The notes under the pieces: model-generated
The model's database searches: none
Told to the model about the DNA's origin: nothing
Seen by the model: only the letters and a program-made list of their open reading frames with translations
Program-made: the position numbers and the translations under genes
Part shown: in pieces, positions 18,759-27,456 of the stretch
How the letters are laid out: each line of letters opens with the position of its first letter
Position numbering within the stretch: the stretch's first letter is position 1
DNA from: Vicinamibacteria bacterium
GTDB lineage: Bacteria > Acidobacteriota > Vicinamibacteria > Fen-336 > CBDFGD01
DNA: 64,000 nucleotides
Reading direction: 5' to 3'
NCBI GenBank assembly: GCA_965246965.1
Contig: CBDFGD010000001.1
Span: forward strand, 218,631-282,630

Positions 18759-19648
18759 GTGCGGCGATCTCCCCTGCGACAGGCCGGGCCTACGGGGTGG
18801 AGCGGGTGTGCCGGGTGTGGAAGCTGGCCCGCTCGAGCTACTACTCCCAGCTCGGCGAGGCGGCTCCTGAGATGGTCCGCGCTGGCCGACGTGGTCCCAA
18901 GCCCAAGGTGTCTGACGAGGAGCTGTTGCGGCTGATCCGAGAGGACCTGGCGGCCTCGCCGTTCGTAGGAGAAGGACATCGCAAGGTCTGGGCGCGGCTC
19001 AAGGTGCTGCGCCAGGTGCGCGTGTCGCGCAAGCGGGTGCTGCGGATCATGCGTGAGCACCACCTGCTGTCGCCGCGTCGGGTACGCCAGGGCGAGGGGC
19101 TGCTCCACGAGGGGACGATCACAACCGATGCGCCCAACCTGATGTGGGGGACGGACGGGGCGAGAGTTCTCACGGCAAAGGACGGCTGGGGCTGGATCTT
19201 CGTCGGCGTCGAGCACTTCAACAGCGAGTGCGTCGGCTACCACGTGTGCAAGAAGGGGACGCGCTACGAGGCCCTCCAGCCCATCGCCATGGGGCTGACG
19301 CAGCTCTTCGGCTCGGTCGAGGCGGGTGTGGCTCGTGGCCTCGAGCTGCGCATGGACCACGGGACGCAGTACCTCTCGGACCACTTCCTCAACCAGCTGC
19401 GTTTCTGGGGCATCACGCCCAGCTTCGCCTTCGTCGAACAGCCGCAGACCAACGGAGTGGCCGAGCGTTTCATCCGGACTCTCAAGGAACAGATCATTCA
19501 TGGCCGCGTCTTCCACACCCTCGAGGAGGTGCGCCAGGCCGTGGCTGCCTTCGTCAAGCGCTACAACCAGCAGTGGCGCGTCGAGAAGCTGGGATTCCTC
19601 ACCCCGCGCGAGGCCCGCGACCAGCACGGCCAGGGGAAGGCCGCGTGA
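18755..19648 (+). CDS. IS3-like OrfB DDE (rve) transposase
   Basis: WGTDGARV .. MDHGTQYLSDHF .. QTNGVAERFIRTLKEQ (D, D, E catalytic triad); ATGA overlap with orfA, in -1 frame. Confidence 0.85.
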   Translation: MSAAISPATGRAYGVERVCRVWKLARSSYYSQLGEAAPEMVRAGRRGPKPKVSDEELLRLIREDLAASPFVGEGHRKVWARLKVLRQVRVSRKRVLRIMREHHLLSPRRVRQGEGLLHEGTITTDAPNLMWGTDGARVLTAKDGWGWIFVGVEHFNSECVGYHVCKKGTRYEALQPIAMGLTQLFGSVEAGVARGLELRMDHGTQYLSDHFLNQLRFWGITPSFAFVEQPQTNGVAERFIRTLKEQIIHGRVFHTLEEVRQAVAAFVKRYNQQWRVEKLGFLTPREARDQHGQGKAA

Positions 19649-19797
19649 ACCTCGAGGTCATCAAAGAGGGGCTACCCCAGGTATGGACTCACCCCGCCGC
19701 GTCGATCCTGGGGCATCCTCGTGCGTCGTTTTCGGGATCGTCTGCCAAACGAACCCGAGATCGTCAAACTGGTGTCCAAGAAACCGGGCGCGGTACA

Positions 19798-20394
19798 GAA
19801 GTTGGTGATCATGCTGTACGTCGAGTTCCCCCCGTCCTCGTCGACACCGTAGCCTCGATAGAGGCTGGGAAACGAGGTGTGGATATCTTCGATGATGTAG
19901 ATCCCGCGTGATCGGAGGTGGGGAAAGAAGAACCCGAAGCTGACCTGCTGCTGCTCCATCGAGTGACCCCCGTCGTCGACCACGATGTCGAAGCCGGACC
20001 CGTGCTCATCGATGAACCGGGTCAGCTGCTCCCGGTTCGCCTGGTCCGCGACGAAGGTCCGGATCCTCTCTGTCTGGTGCTGCGACGCATCATCTATGTC
20101 GATTCCGAAGATCGCGGCACGAGAAAAATAGGCTTCCCACATGCGAACCGACTCGCCCCCCAGGACGCCGATCTCGAGCACCCGCTCCGCTCGACTTCGC
20201 AGCGGCGCGAAGAACGTGTCGTAGAGCTCTAAGTAGTTGTGGTGAGACGCGCACTTGTCCGTCTGGTGCTGCGCACACAGCTCCGCCAGAGTCGACACGT
20301 GCTCGTCCCCCCCAGGGTCGGCTACTGGGGTCGCGCACGCGACAGAGAGGCTCGTCGTGACGGAAAGTAGGAGCATCCAGGTCCGTCTCTTCAA
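19798..20394 (-). pseudogene. class I SAM-dependent methyltransferase lipoprotein, 3' end truncated by IS3 copy 1
   Basis: signal LLLSVTTSLSVAC; VLEIGVLGGESVRMWEAYF..IFGIDID; reading frame runs into the IS right end after ..STYSMITNF. Confidence 0.5.
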
Positions 20395-20490
20395 GCTCTT
20401 GCCTCCTTGGCGGCTGGCCCGTCGGGGAATTCCAACTCGCGCTCGGGGGTCGTTCGGTACGCCCGGATTCTAGCGTGCCGGGCCGGCGCG

Positions 20491-21261
20491 CTAGGGGGCG
20501 CCGCTGCGCCTGTCCTGGAGAGCTGAAAAGCGTTCCCGGGCTTCCCGTACGCGGGCGGGATCGAGCTCGGCCAGAAGCAATGTCTCGTCGTGCGACGCGG
20601 TGGCGAGCGGCTCGCCCCAGGGGTCGTGGATCGCGCTGTCGCCCGCATAGTTGAGCCGAGCGGCGCGGCCGACGCGGTTGACGCCCACGACGTAGGCGAG
20701 ATTCTCTATCGCCCGCGCCCGCAGCAGCGTGCTCCAGTGCGCGCGCCGGGTGTCGGGCCAGTTGGCGACGACGATATAAGCATCGGTGCGCTCGGCCGTG
20801 GTCCAGAACTCGTCGGCGAAGCGGAGGTCGTAGCAGATGAAGAACGTGCAGCGTAGGCCCTCGACATCGACCGTCACGAGATCCGCGCCGGCCGAGTAGT
20901 GTCGATCCTCCCGAGCGTAAGTGAAGGGGTGAAGCTTGCGATAGCGCGAGACCTCGCCCTGGGGGCCGGCCAGGATGAGCGTGTTGGCGGGCTTGAGCTC
21001 TCCAGGCGAAAGCTCAGGCGCGGAGCCGCAGATCCAGACGCCCGCGCGCTGCGCCTGCTCGACGAGGAAGCCGGCACTGGCCCCATCCTCCGGCTCCGCA
21101 ATGCGGTCGGTGTCCATCGAGAACCCGACCGAGAACATCTCGGGCAGAACGATGAGCCGCGCGCCCGCGCCGACCGCTTCATCGATTTTCGGGACGAGGC
21201 GGCGGAAGTTGGCTGCACGATCCTCCCAGACGATGTCGTACTGGAGCCCCGCGACCTTCAT
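20491..21261 (-). CDS. nitrilase-superfamily omega-amidase (YafV/Nit2-like)
   Basis: Glu-Lys-Cys triad context: LIVLPEMF, K, FFICYDLRF; 256 aa. Confidence 0.8.
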   Translation of the reverse strand: MKVAGLQYDIVWEDRAANFRRLVPKIDEAVGAGARLIVLPEMFSVGFSMDTDRIAEPEDGASAGFLVEQAQRAGVWICGSAPELSPGELKPANTLILAGPQGEVSRYRKLHPFTYAREDRHYSAGADLVTVDVEGLRCTFFICYDLRFADEFWTTAERTDAYIVVANWPDTRRAHWSTLLRARAIENLAYVVGVNRVGRAARLNYAGDSAIHDPWGEPLATASHDETLLLAELDPARVREARERFSALQDRRSGAP

Positions 21262-22418
21262 CGACGCAGTGTGGCGAGGCGACGCACGGCCTCGTCCAGG
21301 GTCTCGAGCTTCTTGGCGAATGCGAAGCGCACGAGGTGCCGACCCTCCTGCTTGTTGACGTAGAACGCGCTGGGTGGCACGGCGGCCACGCGAATTCGTT
21401 CCGGGAGCATGCGGCAGAACGCCACGTCGTCATCGTATCCGAGGGGCCTGATGTCGGCGAGAACGAAGTACGTGCCCTGTGGCGCTCGGACCTCGAACCC
21501 GGCATCGGCGAGGCCGTTGCAGAGGTGATCGCGACGCTCGAGGTAGCCACGTCGGAGTTCCTCGAAGAAGACGTCGCCTGTCGCGAGCGCAGCGCCCATC
21601 GCGTGCTGCAGCGGCGTGGCCGTGCAGAACGTGATGAACTGGTGGGCGGTCCGGATGGCTTTCGAGAGCGCCACAGGAGCGCAAGACCAACCGATCTTCC
21701 AGCCCGTCATGCTGAACGTCTTGCCCGTCGACGAGATGCGGATCGTGCGCTCCCTCATCCCGGGCAAGGTGGCGATCGAAACGTGCGCACCGTCGAAGAC
21801 GATGTGCTCGTAGACCTCGTCGCTGAGCACGACCAGGTCGTGCCGCCGGCAGAGCGCCGCGATGTGCTCGAGCTCGCCACAGTCGAAGACGCGCCCGGTG
21901 GGGTTGTTGGGCGTGTTGAGCAACAGTACCCGGGTCCGGTCCGTGATTGCGGCTTCCAGCTCCTCGGTGCGATAGCGGAAATCGGGGGCGTGGAGCGTGA
22001 CGACGCGGCTGCGCCCTCCCGCCATCGCGACGCTGGCGAGATAGGAGTCGTAGAAGGGCTCGAAGAGCACGACCTCGTCGGCTTCGTTCAGTAGCCCCTG
22101 AAGCGACGCGAAGATGGCCTCGGTCGCGCCGCTCATGACCGTGATTTCCGTCTCGGCGTCGTAGTCGAGGTCGTAGAAGCGCCGGCCATGAGCCGCCACC
22201 GCGCTCGTCAGCTCGGGCACCCCAGCCATGCGCGCGTACTGATTGTGATCGGCCTGGAGGGCGGCGATGGCCGCGTCTTTGGCGACGCCGAAGCCGGGGA
22301 AGTCCGGAAACCCCTGTCCCAGGTTGATGGCGTCGTGCTCCTGGGCGAGTCGTGTCATTTCAGTGAAGACAGTGGTGCCGAATTCCTCGAGCCGCGAGCT
22401 CAGAAGAGGGCGTCTCAT
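21258..22418 (-). CDS. class I/II PLP aminotransferase (methionine/glutamine transaminase YbdL-like)
   Basis: INLGQGFPDFP, NTPNNPTGRVF, SFSKTFSMTGWKIG; 4-bp overlap with downstream omega-amidase. Confidence 0.8.
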   Translation of the reverse strand: MRRPLLSSRLEEFGTTVFTEMTRLAQEHDAINLGQGFPDFPGFGVAKDAAIAALQADHNQYARMAGVPELTSAVAAHGRRFYDLDYDAETEITVMSGATEAIFASLQGLLNEADEVVLFEPFYDSYLASVAMAGGRSRVVTLHAPDFRYRTEELEAAITDRTRVLLLNTPNNPTGRVFDCGELEHIAALCRRHDLVVLSDEVYEHIVFDGAHVSIATLPGMRERTIRISSTGKTFSMTGWKIGWSCAPVALSKAIRTAHQFITFCTATPLQHAMGAALATGDVFFEELRRGYLERRDHLCNGLADAGFEVRAPQGTYFVLADIRPLGYDDDVAFCRMLPERIRVAAVPPSAFYVNKQEGRHLVRFAFAKKLETLDEAVRRLATLRR

Positions 22419-23572
22419 TCTCTTTCCGCCCCGACGAAGAGGGCTCGCACCCGGTCGATCGGGATGGCCTCTGCCTCGTGCCCATCGCGTCCGCTCACGC
22501 TCGTCGCCATCGTGAGCGAGTTGTAGATGGCCTCCTCGATGGACTCGACGGCCGCCAGGAACAGCGGACTCATGGCGTCATTCGTCAGTAACTCGACCGG
22601 CGCCGGCTCGCGCGCGTCGTGGGGCAGCCGGTAGGCCGTCGAGAATGCGATGACGAAGTCACCCGAGCCGTTGCTCATGAAGCCGCCGGTGCGGGCCATG
22701 CCGAGGACCGCGCGGCGAGCGACGCGCTCCAGATTGCGTGGCGACAACGGCGCGTCGGTTGCGACGATCATCATGCAGGAGCCGGCGTCTTCGTTCGGCC
22801 CTGCGGATGAGCCCGTCTCGAGGCTCTCCCTGAAGCTGTACCGGCCGAGTGCTTCTCCGACACGCACGCCGTCGATCGTGAGGACGCCTCCGAAGTTGGT
22901 CTGGACGAGGGCGCCGACGGCGTAGCCGCCCAGCGAGTCCGGGAGCACGCGGGACGCCGTACCGATGCCGCCCTTCCAGCCGAAGGCGCGCGTTCCGGTG
23001 CCCGCTCCGACGCTGCCCTCCGCCACCGGTCCCGGACGAGCGGACTCGATGGCCGACCACACGTGCTCGCTCGTCACGTGCATTCCGCGGATGTCGTTCA
23101 GGTAGCCGTCGTTCGTCTCGCCAACCACGGCGTTCACCGATCGGACGCTCTCCTGCCCCTCCTGTCGCAGTGTCCAGGCGACCGTCGCCTCGATCGCTCG
23201 GCCGACACTGAGCGTGTTGGTGAGAACGATGGGGGCCTCGATCGTCCCCAGCTCCTGGACCTGGAGGAAGCCGGCCGCCTTGCCGAAGCCGTTGCCGACG
23301 TAGACGGCTGCCGGCACCTTGTCGCGGAAGATGTTGCCGCCGTGAGGAAGGATGGCCGTCACCCCGGTGCGCACGTTGTCGGCGTCGACGATCGTCGTGT
23401 GCCCGACCCGCACTCCCACGACGTCGGTGATCGCGTTCGCATGACCGGGCTCGAGCACACCGGGTGTCACCCCCAGGTCCCGGACTCGGGCTCGCTCGCC
23501 CGGCTGGGCCGAGCGGGCGGGACACACGGCCGGTCCCAGACTGGCCGCGATCAGTGCTGCAGCGAGACGCAT
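22415..23572 (-). CDS. P1/S58 family peptidase (DmpA-like L-aminopeptidase/D-Ala-esterase)
   Basis: signal peptide; GVRVGHTT, self-cleavage type GxS/T region, 385 aa. Confidence 0.7.
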   Translation of the reverse strand: MRLAAALIAASLGPAVCPARSAQPGERARVRDLGVTPGVLEPGHANAITDVVGVRVGHTTIVDADNVRTGVTAILPHGGNIFRDKVPAAVYVGNGFGKAAGFLQVQELGTIEAPIVLTNTLSVGRAIEATVAWTLRQEGQESVRSVNAVVGETNDGYLNDIRGMHVTSEHVWSAIESARPGPVAEGSVGAGTGTRAFGWKGGIGTASRVLPDSLGGYAVGALVQTNFGGVLTIDGVRVGEALGRYSFRESLETGSSAGPNEDAGSCMMIVATDAPLSPRNLERVARRAVLGMARTGGFMSNGSGDFVIAFSTAYRLPHDAREPAPVELLTNDAMSPLFLAAVESIEEAIYNSLTMATSVSGRDGHEAEAIPIDRVRALFVGAERE

Positions 23573-23663
23573 CGACGCTGATTCTAGTGGCTCGGAGGCA
23601 CGGGGGACCGGGTCCCCTAGAATGTCGAGCTTTGTGGTGCGGTTGATGGGAGGCGCGGCGACT

Positions 23664-25079
23664 ATGAGGATCCTGCTTGGCGTCTATTTGCTCGTCCTGG
23701 CTCAAGCCGCGGCGGCGCGGGCTCAGGAACGAGCGGTCGATCTCGCCGTCGTCGGTGGAACGGTCGTCACCATGGACGGGAGCCGCCAGGTCATCGCGGA
23801 TGGCGCCATCCTCGTCCGGGATGACGTGATCGTGGCGGTCGGGCCTCGCGACACGCTCTCGGGTGCTTTCGAGGCCGAGACGACGCTCGACGCGAGCGGC
23901 ACGCTGATCGTGCCGGGCCTCATCAACGCTCATACCCACGCTCCGATGGTCCTCTTTCGCGGCCTGGCCGACGACCTTCATCTGATGGATTGGCTCGAGA
24001 ACCACATATTCCCGGCTGAGAAGGCCCATGTCGATGAGGAGTTCGTGCTCGTCGGGACGCGGCTCGCTGCGCTCGAGATGCTCTTGTCCGGCACGACCAC
24101 CTTCGTCGACATGTACTACTTCGAGGAACAGGTTGCTCAGGCGGCCAAGCAGGCCGGCATGCGGGCCGTGGTGGGAGAGACGATCATCGGCATTCCCGCT
24201 CCCGACAACGCGAGCGTCGAAGAGGCGCTCGGCTACACCGAGCGTTTTCTGGAGCGCTGGCGGAACGATCCGCTGATCACTCCCGCGGTAGCCCCCCATT
24301 CCGCCTATCTGCTCGAACCGGAGGGCCTGCAGGCGTCGCGAGCGCTGGCCGATCGATACGGCGCACCGCTCCTGATTCACCTGTCCGAGGCCGAGCCCGA
24401 GCAGCGGATCGTACGGGCGCGGTTCGGTAAGACGCCCACCGAGCATCTGCGCGATCTCGGCGTGCTCGGTCGCGGCATGCTCGGGGCCCACGGTGTGCAC
24501 CTGAATGCGAGCGACCGGAAGCTCCTGCTCGAGGCCGGCGCGGGCGTCACGCACTGCCCGCAGAGCAACATGAAGGTCTCGGCGGGGCGAGCGCCGATTC
24601 CTCAGATGCTCGCCGAGGGACTGCGACTCGGCCTCGGCACCGACGGAGCCGCGAGCAACAACGATCTCGACATGTTCGAGGAGATGCTGATGGCCGCACT
24701 GCTCGCGAAGCATGGAACGCAGGACCCGACGGCCGCGCCGGCCGCCGCCGTGCTCGAGATGGCCACGTTGGGCGGCGCGCGTGCGCTCGGCATGGAAGCC
24801 GACCTGGGCTCGCTCGAAGTGGGCAAGCGGGCGGACATCGTCCTGGTGTCGCTCGCCGCTCCGCGGCTTCGGCCGCTCTACGACCCGGTCTCACACCTCG
24901 TCTATGCGGCCAAGGGCGCCGACGTCCGGGACGTGATCGTGAACGGGCGCGTTGTCGTGCGCAACCGGCGTGTCCTCACCCTCGATGCGGCAGCAGTTCT
25001 CGCGGATGCTGAGAAGCTGAGCGCCCGCATCGCGGAGCGCGCTGACGCCTCGGAGCAACCCGCGCGGCCGGGCAGCTAG
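23664..25079 (+). CDS. secreted amidohydrolase (MtaD/SsnA/chlorohydrolase-like)
   Basis: signal MRILLGVYLLVLAQAAAARA; GLINAHTHAPM metal-binding HxH motif; 471 aa. Confidence 0.7.
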   Translation: MRILLGVYLLVLAQAAAARAQERAVDLAVVGGTVVTMDGSRQVIADGAILVRDDVIVAVGPRDTLSGAFEAETTLDASGTLIVPGLINAHTHAPMVLFRGLADDLHLMDWLENHIFPAEKAHVDEEFVLVGTRLAALEMLLSGTTTFVDMYYFEEQVAQAAKQAGMRAVVGETIIGIPAPDNASVEEALGYTERFLERWRNDPLITPAVAPHSAYLLEPEGLQASRALADRYGAPLLIHLSEAEPEQRIVRARFGKTPTEHLRDLGVLGRGMLGAHGVHLNASDRKLLLEAGAGVTHCPQSNMKVSAGRAPIPQMLAEGLRLGLGTDGAASNNDLDMFEEMLMAALLAKHGTQDPTAAPAAAVLEMATLGGARALGMEADLGSLEVGKRADIVLVSLAAPRLRPLYDPVSHLVYAAKGADVRDVIVNGRVVVRNRRVLTLDAAAVLADAEKLSARIAERADASEQPARPGS

Positions 25080-25172
25080 TACTCTGATCCGTAAATACGG
25101 TGTCGCACCGAGAACGCCGAGGCGCCCGGATGGCAAGGAGCCGAAGAGGGAAAATACCGGGAGTATTTGACC

Positions 25173-25207
25173 GATGAGCGACGCAGCCAGGCGGGATGCA
25201 TCGGCGT
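25173..25207 (+). repeat. 35-bp intergenic repeat copy A (GATGAGCGACGCAGCCAGGCGGGATGCATCGGCGT)
   Basis: exact match to 30036..30070, same orientation. Confidence 0.8.
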
Positions 25208-25283
25208 TCGAATGCAACCGTAATTGCGGATCCGAGTACTAGTGCATTTCCAACTTGCTGCGCCATACCTCCGCGAGGGGAGG

Positions 25284-26175
25284 CTATTTCCCGAGCACGA
25301 AGTGCAGCGTGACCACTTTGTAGACGGCCACAGTCTCGCCATTGAGGCGCGCGGGTTGATAGTGCCACTGTTTGACGGCCCGCCGCGCCGCGCTATCGAG
25401 TGCTCTGCTGACCGAGCGCATCACGCGGGCGTGCTCGACCTTGCCCGTGCGATCGATCGTGAGCATGAACACGACGGTGCCTTCGTTGCGCATGCGCTGC
25501 TCTTCGACCGGGTACTCCGGCGCCACACGCTCGATCAGCACGGGCTCCTGGACGGCACCGCTGATATGGATCGGCGGGGGCGGGGCTTCCTCTAGCACGG
25601 CCCCGCTGAAGCCGTCCTTTCCCAGCGCCCTGCTGCCTCTCGCAACGACTGTCGGCTCCTCGGGCGGCGGAGGGGCTGGGGCCTGCGCTGCACGAAGGTT
25701 CTCGAGGTCCATCCGCGCAACCACCAACTCCCGGTACTCTCTGGCCAGCTCGGATTCGGGGTCGAGACTCAGCGCTGCATCGAGTGACTTCAGGGCCGCC
25801 GAGAACTCCTTGGACGCGTAGCTCGCTTTGCCCCGTCTGAACAGCTCGCTCGCCGTCTCGCTGCGAGCGTTGCGAAACTGCTCCAGCACCTTCGGCGCGA
25901 CGAGGCTCTGATCGAGCTGGTGGCTGGGATCGGCAGTCAAAAGAGCGCTGAATTCGCTTCTCGCATCCTTGTTGCGTCCCAGGGCGATCAGGCTGAAGGC
26001 GCGATACTTGCGTCCCTCGTTGGCCGCGCTGGCCGGGAGCTCCGTCAGGGTGGCGTCGGATAGCGTCGTCAGCGTCTGCTCGTACTCACCGTTCCAGTAC
26101 AGCTCGATCGCCTGGTCCAGCGGCGAGGCGAGGTTCTGCATTGGAAGCAGGATGAGCAGGGGGAGGGCGACGCTC
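25284..26175 (-). CDS. TonB-family protein (TPR-like N-region, Pro-rich linker, TonB C-terminal domain)
   Basis: C-terminus EGTVVFMLTIDRTGKVEHARVMRSVSRALDSAARRAVKQWHYQPARLNGETV matches TonB_C. Confidence 0.6.
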
Positions 26176-27342
26176 ACGAACCGCTCATCTCGACGCGAAC
26201 GGTATTCGTTTCGCCGGCCGTGATCACGATCTGTTGGGTGCGCTCCCCGAACTGCGGATTCTTCAAGACGACCGTGTGTGGACCGGCCACCACTTCGATC
26301 TTCGCGATGGGCGTCTGACCCAGTGGCGCGCCGTCGACGAACACCACGGCCCACGGAATCGCGATGACTTTGAGAAAGCCCAGCTCCGCTGGCGCGAAGC
26401 GCCGGTCGAGGGTTTCACCCGGTGCCAGATCGAACGTCTGCCGCGAGATCCCGACGAAGTCCCCCGCAAGCGCGGCTTCGTGGGGGCCGGGGGGAAGGCG
26501 CAGCGGCGCAAATGGGGGCCCCTCCAGGTCCTGACCGTCGATCGAGATTCGAATGCCGGGATCGGCTGTGGCCTGGAGAAAGCCGAAGGCCGGCGCCGCC
26601 GTCGGAGGCGGCGCCACCGGTTCCCTTCTCACTTCGGTGGTCTGAGGCGCCGGGCTCGGGGCATCCTCCTCGGGGGAGGCTGCGACGACGTCCGCCGGGT
26701 TGAGATCTTCGACTTCCATTGTGGCCGGGGCCGGCTCGGGCACGGCTGCCAATGGAGGCGCTGCCGCTCGATCACCACTCTCTTCCGAGTCCGGGCGCAG
26801 CACGCTCATGGCCAGCGCGACGCCGAGCAGGAGCGCTCCGACGGCGATCGCCGCCGTCGGAACGGCGCTGGTCTTCTTGCCCTCGGGCACCGGGATTCCG
26901 GTGGTCGGGCGCCGGACCACCTTGACCGATCCGCTCTTCGACGTGGCGGAGCTCTCGCGGTCGGGCGGCGGCACGAAGCTGTCGCTGCTGTCCTCGTCCA
27001 TCTGGGTGAGCGTCGAGAGCATCAGGCTGGACGCGCTTTCCGAAACCGTGACCTTCGGCAGGCCGATCACGCCGTCTTCCAGGATGAACTCCGCGTCGGT
27101 CCATTGCAGCAGCTCTGCGAACGCCTGGCGCCCTTCGAGAGCGCCGCCTCGGCGTGCAGGACATTCGCCTCGTCGAAGAAGATGCGACCCCGGACGCCGC
27201 CCCGCTCGAGGATCAGCGTCGCCGTCCGCCCCGTCATTCCCATCAGCTGGATGAGGTCGGTGAGGCCGAGGCTGCCTATGTCACCGGCGACCTTCTTTGA
27301 CTTGTCAGCGATCATGCGAGCTTCCGCTTCCGTCCCCCTCAC
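26174..27342 (-). pseudogene. DUF4388-PEGA domain protein with 2-bp frameshift (ctctc dinucleotide) near 27128
   Basis: N-part GSLGLTDLIQLMGMTGRTATLILERGG (DUF4388); correct continuation LEGRQAFAELLQWTDAEFILED is in another frame; C-terminal PEGA domain PWAVVFVDGAPLGQTPI..GPHTVVLKNP. Confidence 0.5.
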
Positions 27343-27456
27343 GCAACCCCACCCGGTGAACGCCGGAGCCCCCGAACGTGAGCCCGCCGAGGCGCGAGCG
27401 AGGAACGGTATTAATTCCGCCAGCCTAGCAAACTCGCCGCGCCCTGCGGCGGCTTG

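Larger units (their letters stand above)
18285..19797 (+). mobile_element. IS3-like element copy 1 (1513 bp), 7-bp deletion in orfA 5' region, no matching TSD
   Basis: ends TAAAGCGGACCCGGTTTTCTTGGACAC ... GTGTCCAAGAAACCGGGCGCGGTACA shared with copies at 41440 and 48646; lacks cccggag present in other copies; flanking 14-mers differ. Confidence 0.8.
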
